Shown in pieces: positions 38,265 through 48,798 of a stretch of 64,000 nucleotides of DNA; positions within the stretch are counted from its first letter, which is position 1; every line of letters starts with the position of its first letter. The notes beneath the pieces are model-generated. The model was given only the letters and a program-made list of their open reading frames with translations, was not told where the DNA came from and did not search any database. Source of the DNA: Desulfovibrio sp. Its GTDB lineage: Bacteria > Bacillota > Dethiobacteria > DTU022. The stretch spans positions 29,808 through 93,807 of the forward strand of contig JAGUZX010000134.1 in the NCBI GenBank assembly GCA_020060545.1. Reading direction: 5' to 3'. The position numbers were made by a program, and so were the translations under genes.

Positions 38265-39305
38265 ATGCTCGAAGACAAAGAGCTGCGCCTGGCTTTAAAA
38301 ATTGTCCTGACGGCCACCGCGGTAGCCATCCTGCTGTTGGTTTTGCTAAAGTTGGCCCCAATTATTGCTATTTTCGTGATCGCCCTTTTTATCGTTTACT
38401 GTATCGCGCCCCTGGTAAATTTCCTGATCAGGCAAAAATTGCAGCCGCTGCTGGCCGCGATCTGCGCCGTCCTGATTATCCTGCTGGCGATGTTTTTCTT
38501 TTTCTCCCTCCTGGTGCCGGGGCTGATCGTTGAATTCCAGAGGCTGGCGACTTTCCTCACCACCGAAGCGGCTGACCACATTGGCAAGCTGATCGAATGG
38601 CTGGACGAGCTCGACGCGCGGTTTGAACTGCATTTATCCGAAAGTTTTACCGAATACTACACTCAATTCATGCGGCAGCTCCCCAGCCACGTCGAGCAGC
38701 TCCTCAAACAGCTGACCGCCCTTTTCTCCAGGGTCTGGGTTGTCCTGGCCCTGGCGTTCCTGGTGTTTTACCTGGTCCAGGACCTGGAAAAGGCCAAAGA
38801 TAATTTGACCAGGCTCTTCCCGCAGATTTACCGCAAGAACATCACCCGCATCCTCGGGATCGTCGACCAGAAAGTGGGGGCTTATATCCGCGGCACCCTG
38901 CTGAAAAGTGTTTTTGTCGGGGCGCTGACCTGGTTGGGGCTGACGCTCCTGGGTATGCCTTTCGCCCTGCTCCTGGGCATCCTGGCCGGGGGGTTGAATA
39001 TCATCCTTTATATCGGCCCGATCCTGGCCGCCGTCCCGGCGGTCCTGATGAGCATCGTCCCCGGCACGCCAAGTATCTTCCTGGTAATTGCGGTTTATAT
39101 CGTGGTGCAGACTCTCGACGCCTTCGTTTTTACCCCGGTCCTGCTGGGCAAGGCCGTGGACTTAAGCCCTCTTACCGTCGTGGTAGTGGTTTTAATCGGG
39201 GGGCAGCTGATGGGGATAACCGGGATTATCCTGGCCATACCGATTACCGCGATCTTGAAAGTGCTTCTGGCGCACTACTACCTGGACAAAGGAAAAGCAC
39301 CTTAA
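38265..39305 (+). CDS. AI-2E (PerM) family transporter
   Basis: Multi-TM; GAYIRG, NIILYIGP, P.LLGKAVDLSP, GG.LMGITGIILAIP. Confidence 0.9.
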   Translation: MLEDKELRLALKIVLTATAVAILLLVLLKLAPIIAIFVIALFIVYCIAPLVNFLIRQKLQPLLAAICAVLIILLAMFFFFSLLVPGLIVEFQRLATFLTTEAADHIGKLIEWLDELDARFELHLSESFTEYYTQFMRQLPSHVEQLLKQLTALFSRVWVVLALAFLVFYLVQDLEKAKDNLTRLFPQIYRKNITRILGIVDQKVGAYIRGTLLKSVFVGALTWLGLTLLGMPFALLLGILAGGLNIILYIGPILAAVPAVLMSIVPGTPSIFLVIAVYIVVQTLDAFVFTPVLLGKAVDLSPLTVVVVVLIGGQLMGITGIILAIPITAILKVLLAHYYLDKGKAP

Positions 39306-39316
39306 TCGGCAAGCCG

Positions 39317-39784
39317 TCAGCACAGGCCGGGGAAGCCCTGCTGGCGTAAGGCTTCAAAAAGCACGATGGCCGCGGCGTTGGCCAGGTTCAGGGAACGCGG
39401 GATCCCCCCGACCATGGGGATGCGCAGGACAAATTCCGCATCGATCAGCAGTTCTGCGGGAAGGCCGCGGGTTTCGCTGCCAAACACCAGGCAATCCCCG
39501 GGCCGGTACGCCACTTCCGTATACAAAATTTTGCCCCGGGTGGAATAAAAGAAAAAACGCCTTCCCGGGTAAGTTTCACGAAAAGCGCCGAAATCGGGGT
39601 GGATCCGCAGCTGGAGATACTGCCAGTAGTCAAGCCCGGCGCGGCGGACCTCTTTCTCCGCGATCGAGAACCCGAGCGGCTCTACCAGGTCCAGAAACGT
39701 TCCGGTCATCACACAGGTGCGGGCAATATTGCCGGTGTTTTGGGGGATTTCCGGCTCAACCAGGACCAGGTGCATCTGCTTCAC
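39317..39784 (-). CDS. trmL: tRNA (cytidine/uridine-34 2'-O)-methyltransferase
   Basis: LVEPEIPQNTGNIARTC, RRAGLDYW, FGSETRGLP, RSLNLAN. Confidence 0.94.
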   Translation of the reverse strand: MKQMHLVLVEPEIPQNTGNIARTCVMTGTFLDLVEPLGFSIAEKEVRRAGLDYWQYLQLRIHPDFGAFRETYPGRRFFFYSTRGKILYTEVAYRPGDCLVFGSETRGLPAELLIDAEFVLRIPMVGGIPRSLNLANAAAIVLFEALRQQGFPGLC

Positions 39785-39884
39785 CCCAAGCTTAGGCTTT
39801 TAAGCGCTACAGCGCGCAATTTACCATTTATTTATTAAGCCATTGATACATTATGCTTTTTAATACACAGCACTACCTTAAGTA

Positions 39885-39912
39885 TGTCATTGCGAGCGAA
39901 GCGCAGCAATCT
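39885..39912. repeat. Half copy of a GTCATTGCGAG...GCAATC palindromic element
   Basis: tgtcattgcgagcgaagcgcagcaatct. Confidence 0.5.
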
Positions 39913-39979
39913 GACAGACGGTGTGTGCACATTTGTTCACTATTCCGTTGCAGTGATGCGGCAAAGGCATTGTTTAGGT

Positions 39980-42430
39980 TTACTCCCCCGACCCGCAGCA
40001 GCCGTGTTTTTCTTCCCGCTCCCGGCCGGGCAAATCCCCGTCGTCTTTATCCCCGCGCAGGGTTTCGTTAAAACGCTGCAGCTGCGCCAGCACCGCGGCG
40101 TTGAAAGTGCCGGGCGGGAAACCGCCCTCCTCCTGTTCGGTCCCCGCCTCCACGCCGCTCAAAAGCTCCAACCCCTCGTCGACGGTGGAGATACAATAGA
40201 GATGGAAACGGCCCTGTTTCACCGCTTCAATCACCTCTTCATTGAGCATGAGGTGCTTGCTGTTCTGGATCGGGATCACTACGCCCTGGTCGCCCGAAAG
40301 GCCCCTGGTCTTGCAAGCGGCGAAGAAACCCTCGATCTTGCTGTTAATCCCGCCCACCGGCTGGATCTCCCCTTTCTGGTTGACCGAACCGGTAACCGCC
40401 AGGTTTTGCTTCAGCGGGAGGCCGGCGAGGCAGGAAAGCAGGCAGAAAAGCTCCGCCGCCGAAGCGCTGTCCCCATCCACGCCCGCGTAGGACTGCTCAA
40501 AACAGAGGCTGGCGGAGAGGTTCAGGGGGACCTGGCGCCCGTAGCGCAGCCCCAGGTAGCCGCTTAAGATCAGCACTCCCTTGTCGTGGAGGCGCCCGCT
40601 GAGCTGGCTCTCGCGCTCGATATTGACAATCCCCCGGCGGCCCAGGTAAGCCGTGGCGGTAATCCGGGAGGGACGGCCGAACTGGTAATCCCCCAGGTCG
40701 ATCACCGAAAGCGCATTGACCTGTCCGGCTTTTGCCCCTTCCAGGTCGAGTAAAATCTGCCCTTTCTCCACGGCCTCCTGGATCTTCTGCTCATACTTGT
40801 TGGAGCGGTATATTTTTTCCGCCAGCGCTTTTTTGACCTGCTCCGCCCCGACAACCCCGCTGCCGTCCAGTTCGGCCCAGGCGTCCGCCTCGAAGAGAAG
40901 CTCCACGATTTCGTTGAAGCGCGTGCTCAGCTTCTCCTGATGCTCGGCCAGCCTGGCGCTGTATTCGACGACACCGGCCACGGCGCGGCGATCAAAGTGG
41001 CGCAGCCCCTCCCGCTCGCAGTGGTAGGCGATGAAACCGGCCATCTTGGCCATGTTTTCATCATGCAGCTCCATCTCCATGTCGAAATCGGCCTTGATCT
41101 TAAACAGCTTCCGGAAGTCCTCATCGTAGTGATAGAGCAGCTGGTAGAGCTGCGGGCTGCCGATCATGACCACCTTCAGATTTAAAGGTATCGGCTGCGG
41201 GCGCAGGGTCGACATCGCCATCAAGCCGTAGTGTTCGCCCATATTCTCAATACGGATCTCCCTTGTTTTCAGAACCCGTTTCAGGACCTCCCACGACTGC
41301 ATCCCGGTCAGGACGTCCCTGGCCTGGACGATCAGGTAACCGCCGTTGGCCCGGTGCAAGGCGCCGGCCTTGATCATCGTAAAATCGGTCACTACCATCC
41401 CGAAACGGTTCTCATACTCCACCCGGCCCAGCAGATTATAGTAGGACGGGTTGGTTTCATAGATCATCGGCGCCCCCCCGGTCTCCCGGTTGTCCACCAG
41501 CAAGTTTACCTTGTAGCGCTTCTCCGCTTGTTCCTGGCTCTGGCGGCGCATCCACACCAGCGGTAGCTGCTGCTCCTCTTCCTCGCCCCTGAATTCCCCC
41601 ATGCTGGAGAGGACGTCGGCCTGGAAAGCCTGCAGGTACTTCTGCACCGCGGGAAACGAGGCGTATTCTTCAAGCAGTTCGCTGAAAAGGTGGCCGGTAG
41701 CCGCCATCCCGATGCGCTGGTCCAGCCGCTTGAATTTATCCTTGAGCTCCCTTTCGGCAATTTGGATGCGGCGCATGATTTCCACTGCCTTAAGCTGGAC
41801 ATCGGTGGACTTTTTCTCCAGCTCTTCCTTAACCGACTGGTCCAGCTTGGCGTATTCCTCTTCGCCGATCTGCTCGCCGTTCATCACCGGCACCGTGAGA
41901 AAACCGGAACTGGTCCTTTTCAGGGCGAAACCCTGTTCCAGGGCGGCCTTGTTCAGCTCTTCAAACAGCACGGAGCGGGCCTCCTGAAACTCCTTGACAA
42001 AGATCGCTTTCTGGCGCTCGTAATCCTCCCCGTCGAAAGCCTTGGGGATAGCCTGTTTCAAATCATCGAGCAGCTCTTCAACCTGGCGGCAGAAAACGGC
42101 GCCCATCCCCGCCGGAAGGGGCATGGCGATCGGTTCTCCGGGGTTGTCGAAATTATAAACATACAACCAGTCATCCGGAACCGCCTCCGCGGCGGCTATT
42201 TTTTCGACGACGGACCTGGCGTAGCTGGATTTGCCGGTGCCCGTCAGGCCGGTCATAAAGATATTGTAACCGGGGCGCTTGATGCGCAGTCCAAATTCCA
42301 TCGCCTTTACCGCCCGGGCTTGGCCGATCATCCCCTCCAGCAGAGGGACCTCCGCCGTGGTCTCAAAGGGCATCCGGTGCGGATCACAGGTAAACCTCAT
42401 TTCTTTCGCCGACAGCTCTTTCCAGGGCAT
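39980..42430 (-). CDS. Lon-like protease (LonC/AAA_32 type)
   Basis: IGQARA, GLTGTGKS, DWLYVYNF, GALHRANGGYL, GVDGDSAS (Ser), GGINSKIEGFF (Lys). Confidence 0.9.
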   Translation of the reverse strand: MPWKELSAKEMRFTCDPHRMPFETTAEVPLLEGMIGQARAVKAMEFGLRIKRPGYNIFMTGLTGTGKSSYARSVVEKIAAAEAVPDDWLYVYNFDNPGEPIAMPLPAGMGAVFCRQVEELLDDLKQAIPKAFDGEDYERQKAIFVKEFQEARSVLFEELNKAALEQGFALKRTSSGFLTVPVMNGEQIGEEEYAKLDQSVKEELEKKSTDVQLKAVEIMRRIQIAERELKDKFKRLDQRIGMAATGHLFSELLEEYASFPAVQKYLQAFQADVLSSMGEFRGEEEEQQLPLVWMRRQSQEQAEKRYKVNLLVDNRETGGAPMIYETNPSYYNLLGRVEYENRFGMVVTDFTMIKAGALHRANGGYLIVQARDVLTGMQSWEVLKRVLKTREIRIENMGEHYGLMAMSTLRPQPIPLNLKVVMIGSPQLYQLLYHYDEDFRKLFKIKADFDMEMELHDENMAKMAGFIAYHCEREGLRHFDRRAVAGVVEYSARLAEHQEKLSTRFNEIVELLFEADAWAELDGSGVVGAEQVKKALAEKIYRSNKYEQKIQEAVEKGQILLDLEGAKAGQVNALSVIDLGDYQFGRPSRITATAYLGRRGIVNIERESQLSGRLHDKGVLILSGYLGLRYGRQVPLNLSASLCFEQSYAGVDGDSASAAELFCLLSCLAGLPLKQNLAVTGSVNQKGEIQPVGGINSKIEGFFAACKTRGLSGDQGVVIPIQNSKHLMLNEEVIEAVKQGRFHLYCISTVDEGLELLSGVEAGTEQEEGGFPPGTFNAAVLAQLQRFNETLRGDKDDGDLPGREREEKHGCCGSGE

Positions 42431-42431
42431 A

Positions 42432-43106
42432 CTACCCCTCCCCCATAAACTTTTTAATCGATCGCCTTTGCGGACATAGCTCTCCCAAGAAACAGGCGCC
42501 GCATTTGGGGCGGCGGGCCAGGCAGACCTGCCGCCCGTGGGTGATCAGGCGGTGGTGGGCCGCCGCCCACTCCGCCGGCGGCAGCTTGCTCATCAGTTCG
42601 CGCTCCACCTGCTCCACGCCCGGCCCCGCCGCCAAGCCCAGGCGTTTTGAAACACGGTAAACATGGGTGTCCACGGCCAGGGCCGGGATTCCGAAAGCGC
42701 TGCTCAAGACCACGTTTGCCGTCTTGCGCCCCGCTCCCGGCAGTGCCGTCAAATCTTCAAAACGGGCCGGGAGCCTTCCCCCGTGCTCATGAACGATTTT
42801 GCGGCTTGCTTCCACAAGATAACGGCTCTTCTGGCGGTAAAGGCCGCATCCTCTTAAAAACGGTTCGAGCTGATTGGGCTCCATCTGCGCCATCCGGTGC
42901 GGTGTCGGCGCCGCCTTGAAAAGCTCTCCCGTGACCTGGTTGACCTGCTCATCGGTAGTCTGCGCGGAAAGAACGGCGGCCACAAAAAGCTGAAAAGGGC
43001 TGTCGAAATGAAGCCTCGTTTCAGCCCGGGGATAGTTTTCTCGCAGCAGCGCGAAAATCCGCCGGATTCGCATCTGATCCGGACCATCAATTTTTTCTTG
43101 GCACAT
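42432..43106 (-). CDS. nth: Endonuclease III
   Basis: LSAQTTD, LPGAGRKTANVV, AVDTHV, C-x6-C-x2-C-x5-C. Start uncertain. Confidence 0.93.
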   Translation of the reverse strand: MCQEKIDGPDQMRIRRIFALLRENYPRAETRLHFDSPFQLFVAAVLSAQTTDEQVNQVTGELFKAAPTPHRMAQMEPNQLEPFLRGCGLYRQKSRYLVEASRKIVHEHGGRLPARFEDLTALPGAGRKTANVVLSSAFGIPALAVDTHVYRVSKRLGLAAGPGVEQVERELMSKLPPAEWAAAHHRLITHGRQVCLARRPKCGACFLGELCPQRRSIKKFMGEG

Positions 43107-43199
43107 AACCTTATTATAAATCGTCCGCTCAATCCGGTAAAGCCCCCGGTGCCGCAAACATTTGGCCAGATTCAGTGTGGGGTTTGCGCGGCAAACTGG

Positions 43200-43242
43200 A
43201 ATAACTTAATAAACGGTGCCTGGCACCATTTATTAAGTTATT
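43200..43242. repeat. REP-like palindrome with GGTGCCTGGCACC core
   Basis: aataacttaataaa-c-ggtgcc-t-ggcacc-a-tttattaagttatt. Confidence 0.8.
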
Positions 43243-44426
43243 ATGCCATTCATTCGGAGGGAATCGATTTCCGGGCTGGTGTAGCCCAGCGACTGCAATA
43301 TTTCGGCGGTGTGTTCGCCGAGGCGGGGAGGCGGCAGGCGCACCGCGCCGCTGGCACCGGAGAAAAGCAGCGGAAAACCGGGCTGCTTGGCGGACTCGGC
43401 CCCTTCCCCGGCCGCGTCGATCCAGAAGCGGCGCGCCAGGCTGACCGGGTGCTCAGCGGCTTCCGGCAGCTCCAGGACCGGTTCGCAGCAGGCGTCAACG
43501 GAGGCGAAAATTTGGGTCCACTCCGACCTGGTCTTGCTTTTAAACAGTGCTCCCACCGCTTCGATCAGCTCTTCCCGCCCCGTCTGGTCGAACTGCAGCG
43601 TCACCCACTCCGGCTTTGCAACGGCCACGCAAAAGTTCTGCCAGAAGGCCGGTTCCAAGGCGCCGAGGCTCATGTGCCCGCCGTCGGCGGTTTCGTAAAG
43701 GTTGTAGCAGGCGAAAGCCCCGGTAAGGTGCCCCCGGTTGCGCCTGGGCAGGGCTTCGCCGCCGGAGCGGTGGGCGGCGGCATAGGACAAAAACGGCAGC
43801 AGCCCCTGGGTCATGGATACATCCACGTGCGCCCCCCTCCCGTTTTGCGCCCGGGCAAAGAGGGCGAACATAATCCCGGCGAGCGCCATCAGCGACCCCC
43901 CCGCGATATCGGCGATCTGCACCGCCGGCATCACCGGACCCTCCCCGGGAGCGGCGCTCAAGTCCAGCAGCCCGGCCACGGCGGCATAATTGATGTCGTG
44001 GCCGGCCCGCTCCCGGTACGGACCGTCCTGTCCGTAGCCGGAGATGGAGGCGTAAACGAGCCCGGGATTAAGCCTGGCCGCCTCGCCGTAACCGAGGCCC
44101 AGCCGCTCCATCACCCCCGGCCGGAACCCTTCCACCAGGACGTCGCTCCGGGCGGCCAAAGCTTTGAGGATCTCCCTGCCGGCCGGTTCTTTTAAGTTCA
44201 GGGCGACGCTCTTCTTATTGCGGTTCCACTGCCGGAAAAAGGCGCCGCTCCCGTCGATGATCTGCCCCGCCGCCCGGGTGGGATCCCCCAAAACGGGGTC
44301 TTCCACTTTGATCACCTCGGCCCCGTAATCGCCCATGATCATGGTACAAAGGGGCCCCGGCAGCAGCCTGGTCAGGTCCACCACCTTGAGCCCCTTCAAG
44401 ATTGCGCCGCCGGTCTCCCGGCTCAT
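43233..44426 (-). CDS. Class III CoA-transferase / alpha-methylacyl-CoA racemase-like protein
   Basis: DLTRLLPGP, NRNKKS, EGFRPGV, GHDINY, QIADIAGG. Confidence 0.9.
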   Translation of the reverse strand: MSRETGGAILKGLKVVDLTRLLPGPLCTMIMGDYGAEVIKVEDPVLGDPTRAAGQIIDGSGAFFRQWNRNKKSVALNLKEPAGREILKALAARSDVLVEGFRPGVMERLGLGYGEAARLNPGLVYASISGYGQDGPYRERAGHDINYAAVAGLLDLSAAPGEGPVMPAVQIADIAGGSLMALAGIMFALFARAQNGRGAHVDVSMTQGLLPFLSYAAAHRSGGEALPRRNRGHLTGAFACYNLYETADGGHMSLGALEPAFWQNFCVAVAKPEWVTLQFDQTGREELIEAVGALFKSKTRSEWTQIFASVDACCEPVLELPEAAEHPVSLARRFWIDAAGEGAESAKQPGFPLLFSGASGAVRLPPPRLGEHTAEILQSLGYTSPEIDSLRMNGIIT

Positions 44427-46021
44427 CGGTGTGTATACCGCGGCAGCAGGATAGGCGCCACCCTGCCGCCGGCGGATCCGGTGCTTTCGAGTTCTTTCTC
44501 ATAGTTCCAGACATGTTCCAGGCTGAAACCGTCTGGCCGGACTTCCCCGCTCCGGGCGGCGGCGTGACGCCCGGCGCGCCGCCCGAAGACGACGATATCA
44601 AGCAGCGAGTTGCCCATGAGGCGGTTGCGGCCGTGGATCCCGCCGGCCGTTTCGCCGGCCACGTAGAGGTTCTCCACGGTGCTGCGCCCGTGCTCGTCGA
44701 TTAATAGTCCGCCGTTCTGGTAATGAAGTGTGGGGTAGATCAGCATCGGCTCCTTGCGGATATCCACCCCGAACCGGGCAAACTGCCGCAGCATCGCCGG
44801 CAGCTGCCTTTCGATCGTCCCCTCGCCGTGGGTCAGCTCGATCAGGGGCGAATCAAGCCAGACGGCGGTGCTGCCGGTCGGGAGGGGCACGCCCAGGCCC
44901 CGTTCCTTGCACTCGCGGATGATCGCGGAGGACTCCACATCGCGGGTCTCCAGGTGATAGACGAACTGTGCGCCGTTGATATTGAGGGGGGTCCCCCCCA
45001 GGCCCCTGGTTTTCTCCGTGACCAGCAGCCCCAGCAGCTGCGGCGGATAGGCGCCGCCCGTGGGGTGATACTGGATCGAATCGGCAAAGATGGTTTTGGC
45101 CCCGGCGCGGTAGCCGAGCACCAGGCCGTCGCCGGTGGCGCCGTAGTGGTTGCTGGTGGGAAACCCCTGGTAGTGCAGCCGCCCCGATCCCCCGGTGGCG
45201 ATAATTACCGTCTTCGCCCGGGCGATGAGGTACTCTTCCGTTTCCAGGTTGAACAGGACCGCCCCGGCGGCCCTGCCGCTTGAGTCCAGGAGCAGCTCCA
45301 CCGCCGGGCAGAATTCGACGACCTTAATCCCGCGGTTATAAACTTCGTCCCTGAGGGTGCGCATGATTTCGGCCCCGGTGTAGTCGCGGGCCGCGTGCAT
45401 CCGCTTGCGGGAAGTCCCCCCGCCGTGGATGGTGTTCATGGTCCCGTCTTCTTTTTTGTCGAACATGGCCCCCAGGCTTTCGAGCCATTCAATGACCAGC
45501 GGGGCGTCCATGACCAGAGCGCGGGCCAGCTCCGGGACGTTGTAGAACCCGCCGCCGCCGACCACGTCCAGGTAGTGGATACACGGCGTATCGTTCGGTT
45601 TATCCGCGGCCTGGATGCCGCCCTGGGCCATCATGGTGTTGGCGTCGCCGAAGCGAAGCTTGGTCGCCACCATCACCGAGACGCCGGCGGCACAGGCTTC
45701 CAGCGCCGCCGAGGCCCCGGCGCCGCCCCCGCCGATCACCAGCACGTCGACATCGTAAGCGCAACGGTTCAGATCAAGCGCCGCCCCGCGCAGGCGGCTG
45801 CCGGCCTCAAGGATATCGGCCATCTCCAGGGGTACGCGGCTCCCCTTGTCTACCCCTACTTGAAGCTGCCGGAAGCCGGCCTCGATAAAATCAGGGTGAA
45901 ACCGCCGCAGCACCTCCTGGCGTTCCGCGGCGGTCATGCGGGGATAATGCACGCCGACCCGGGAGGGCCTGGTTTCCTCAACCTTCTTCATCAATTCCTG
46001 CAAGTGCGGCGTGTAAACCAC
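44423..46021 (-). CDS. Soluble fumarate reductase/succinate dehydrogenase-like flavoprotein
   Basis: IGGGGAG, AQGG, ATGG, QYHPT, TEKTRG, TRD, HYQNGG, HGRNRLMGNSL. Confidence 0.87.
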   Translation of the reverse strand: MVYTPHLQELMKKVEETRPSRVGVHYPRMTAAERQEVLRRFHPDFIEAGFRQLQVGVDKGSRVPLEMADILEAGSRLRGAALDLNRCAYDVDVLVIGGGGAGASAALEACAAGVSVMVATKLRFGDANTMMAQGGIQAADKPNDTPCIHYLDVVGGGGFYNVPELARALVMDAPLVIEWLESLGAMFDKKEDGTMNTIHGGGTSRKRMHAARDYTGAEIMRTLRDEVYNRGIKVVEFCPAVELLLDSSGRAAGAVLFNLETEEYLIARAKTVIIATGGSGRLHYQGFPTSNHYGATGDGLVLGYRAGAKTIFADSIQYHPTGGAYPPQLLGLLVTEKTRGLGGTPLNINGAQFVYHLETRDVESSAIIRECKERGLGVPLPTGSTAVWLDSPLIELTHGEGTIERQLPAMLRQFARFGVDIRKEPMLIYPTLHYQNGGLLIDEHGRSTVENLYVAGETAGGIHGRNRLMGNSLLDIVVFGRRAGRHAAARSGEVRPDGFSLEHVWNYEKELESTGSAGGRVAPILLPRYTHR

Positions 46022-46042
46022 AGCTTTTCCTCCTCTCGGCCT

Positions 46043-46723
46043 CTACTCAATGTCGCGGTTGTTGTAGAGCTCCTGCAGCCGCGTCTTGTCCGCATCGATT
46101 AACTGCTGCAGCTCGTGATCAAATGCACCGGCTTCGATCGCCCGGACCCTTTCCTTCAGGAAGGCGTCCGGCGGCGCGAGGTAGCGGCTGTAAAGGCGCC
46201 GCGCGGTCAAGGCGGCGTTGTAATGGACGATGTGCGCCGGGCAGCGCGAGACGCAAAGGCCGCACATGACGCAGTCAAAGGAGAGATCCGCCGCTCTGGC
46301 GAAGTCGCCGCGCTGGAGATAGGCGATATACTGCATTACATCGATGTCCTGCGGGCAAACCTTGGTGCACGAACTGCACCCCAGGCAGCGGAATACTTCG
46401 GGATAGAGCCGGGCGAAGTCGGCCACCGAGGGACGGATCCGCTCCAGGTCGAAGAGCGCTTTGCGGCCCGGGAAGAACGGGATCTGGGCCAGGTACATCC
46501 CCGGCTCCACCTTGGTCTGGCAGGCGAGGCCCACTTTCAGCTCAAAATCGCCGGCGATGCGGTAGACGGTGGCGCAGGCGCCGCAGAAACCGGCCCGGCA
46601 GCCGCAGCCCCGCTTGATCTGGTACCCGGCATACTCCAAGGCCTCGATGATGGTCAGCGTTTCGGGGACCGTGTACTGCTTGCCCATGACGTATAGATCG
46701 ATCATCCGGATTGCGTCAGCCAT
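46043..46723 (-). CDS. Fe-S partner subunit (2Fe-2S plus 2x4Fe-4S) of the flavoprotein
   Basis: GCRAGFCGAC...LAC, CLGCSSCTKVCP, CVMCGLCVSRCP. Confidence 0.87.
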   Translation of the reverse strand: MADAIRMIDLYVMGKQYTVPETLTIIEALEYAGYQIKRGCGCRAGFCGACATVYRIAGDFELKVGLACQTKVEPGMYLAQIPFFPGRKALFDLERIRPSVADFARLYPEVFRCLGCSSCTKVCPQDIDVMQYIAYLQRGDFARAADLSFDCVMCGLCVSRCPAHIVHYNAALTARRLYSRYLAPPDAFLKERVRAIEAGAFDHELQQLIDADKTRLQELYNNRDIE

Positions 46724-46741
46724 TTGAAGGTCCTCCTGTGC

Positions 46742-48079
46742 TTACTCTACGGGCGGGGCCGGGATGAAGCCGTGTTCCATGGCCGCCCTGGTCTGCTCCT
46801 GGGCCCGGCGGATGGTTTCCTCCGCCTTCCGGTAGATCTCTTCCCGGCCAAGCTTCAGCCGCGCCACCCCTTCGGCGATCGCCTTAAGCGCGGTGGCGGT
46901 GGCCACCCGGGGGAACACTGCCCACATATCCATGGTCGGCAGGATCTTCTCCGGGTTCATCCCGCCATCCGGCGCGCAGGCCGCCAGTTCTTCCGCCGCG
47001 GCGATGCACATGGCATCGGTAATGGTGGTCGCCTGGACATCCAGGACGCCGCGGAAGATGGCCGGGAAACCGAGGGAGTTATTGACCTGGTTGGGAAAGT
47101 CGGAACGCCCGGTGGATACGATTTTCGCTCCCGCCTCGATCGCCTCCCAGGGCCAGATTTCAGGAATCGGGTTGGCGCAGGCGAAAACGATGGCGTCTTT
47201 CCCCATGCCGGCCACCCACTCTTTTTTGATCGTGTCGGGACCGGGCGTGGAAAGACCGATCGCCACATCGGCCCCTTTGAAGGCCTCCGCCGGGCCGCCG
47301 GTCAGCCCCTGCCGGTTGGTCGTGCGGCAGAGCTCCCACTTGACCGGGTTTTCCGTGGCCAGCTCGGTGCGCCCCCCGTGCAGGATCCCCTTGCTGTCGC
47401 ACATGATCACCTTCCCCGGATCGGCGCCGGCGGCGATGAGCAGGCGGATCGTGCAGATATTCGCCGCTCCGGCGCCGAGCATCACGATTTTTGCTTCGCT
47501 CATCTTTTTCCCGACAATTTTCAGCGCGTTGATCAGGCCGGCCAGGGTTACCAGCGCGGTCCCCTGCTGGTCGTCGTGCCAGATGGGAATATGGCATTCC
47601 TGGCGCAGCCGGTCGAGGACAGCGAAGCATTTCGGGCTCGCGATGTCCTCCAGGTTTACCCCGCCGAAACAGGGCTGCATCATTTTTACGAATTTGATCA
47701 GTTCATCGGCATCCTTGGTATCCACGCAGATCGGAAAGGCGTCCACCCCGCCGAGGTATTTAAACAGCAGCGCCTTGCCTTCCATCACGGGCATGCTCGC
47801 TTCAGGGCCGATGTCACCCAGGCCGAGCACCCGGGTCCCGTCGGAGACGACCGCCACGAAGTTGCCTTTATTGGTGTACTTGTAGACGTCTTCTTTATTT
47901 TTGGCGATCGCTTTACAGGGTTCCGCCACCCCCGGGGTATACCAGATCGCAAAGTCCCCGATACCGCGCACGCAGCTTTTCAAATTGACTTCGATCTTTC
48001 CCCGGTAAAAGGGGTGCAGCCGCATCGCGTCCTGGGCCGGTTTCTTCGCCTTCGCCAGGAGCTCTTCTTTGGTCGTCAT
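46742..48079 (-). CDS. NAD(P)-dependent malic enzyme
   Basis: YTPGVA, SDGTRVLGLGDIGP, MEGK, NLEDI, HDDQQGT, GAGAA, ANPIPE, TGRSDFPNQVNN. Confidence 0.94.
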   Translation of the reverse strand: MTTKEELLAKAKKPAQDAMRLHPFYRGKIEVNLKSCVRGIGDFAIWYTPGVAEPCKAIAKNKEDVYKYTNKGNFVAVVSDGTRVLGLGDIGPEASMPVMEGKALLFKYLGGVDAFPICVDTKDADELIKFVKMMQPCFGGVNLEDIASPKCFAVLDRLRQECHIPIWHDDQQGTALVTLAGLINALKIVGKKMSEAKIVMLGAGAANICTIRLLIAAGADPGKVIMCDSKGILHGGRTELATENPVKWELCRTTNRQGLTGGPAEAFKGADVAIGLSTPGPDTIKKEWVAGMGKDAIVFACANPIPEIWPWEAIEAGAKIVSTGRSDFPNQVNNSLGFPAIFRGVLDVQATTITDAMCIAAAEELAACAPDGGMNPEKILPTMDMWAVFPRVATATALKAIAEGVARLKLGREEIYRKAEETIRRAQEQTRAAMEHGFIPAPPVE

Positions 48080-48192
48080 TCTTCTCCCCACTTTCCTGTT
48101 TTAAGTATAAACTTATCCCCATTGATCCCCTCTAATCATCGGCCACAACACGCGCGCCGGGTCAATTAACTTGATCGGCACCGGCCGCTGCC

Positions 48193-48216
48193 CTCACTTT
48201 CACTTCTCATCTCTCA
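48193..48216. repeat. Heptamer tandem run (CTCACTT) at the fumarase beta stop codon
   Basis: ctcactttcacttctcatctctca. Confidence 0.6.
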
Positions 48217-48765
48217 CCGCGCATACGCTTTTGCTCCTGTTACGTAGAGATCGTTGCCGTAGGCATCGTTAATGACAGTGGCCGGGAAGTCTTCCACCTC
48301 GAGGCGGTGGATCGCTTCGGCGCCCAGCTCGGGGTAAGCCACCACTTCACATTTCTTGACCCGCTTGGAGAGTAATGCCCCCGCGCCGCCGACAGCGGCC
48401 AGGTACAGGCCCTTGTATTTTTGCAGCGCCTCGATTACGGCCGGTTTGCGGAAGCCCTTGCCGATACACCCCTTCATGCCCTGCTCCAGCAAACGCGGCG
48501 TGTAGGCGTCCATGCGCCCGCTGGTGGTCGGTCCGGCGGAGCCGATGGTCTGGCCGGGCCGGGCCGGAGTCGGCCCCACATAATAGATCAACTGCCCCTG
48601 CAGGTTTATGGGCAGCGGCTCGCCCCGATCCAGCAGCTCGACCAGCTTTTTATGGGCCGCGTCCCGCGCGGTATAGATCACGCCGCTGATCAGCACATTA
48701 TCGCCGGCCTTGAGCGCCAAAACATCCGCGTCGCTCAACGGTGCCTTTAAACGCTTCACTTCCAC
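48214..48765 (-). CDS. Class I fumarate hydratase, beta (C-terminal) subunit
   Basis: TARDAAH, GSAGPTTSGRMD, IGKG, ELGAEAI. Confidence 0.92.
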   Translation of the reverse strand: MEVKRLKAPLSDADVLALKAGDNVLISGVIYTARDAAHKKLVELLDRGEPLPINLQGQLIYYVGPTPARPGQTIGSAGPTTSGRMDAYTPRLLEQGMKGCIGKGFRKPAVIEALQKYKGLYLAAVGGAGALLSKRVKKCEVVAYPELGAEAIHRLEVEDFPATVINDAYGNDLYVTGAKAYAR

Positions 48766-48798
48766 ACATGTGCCCTCCTTTCATTAATTGCTCGAGGT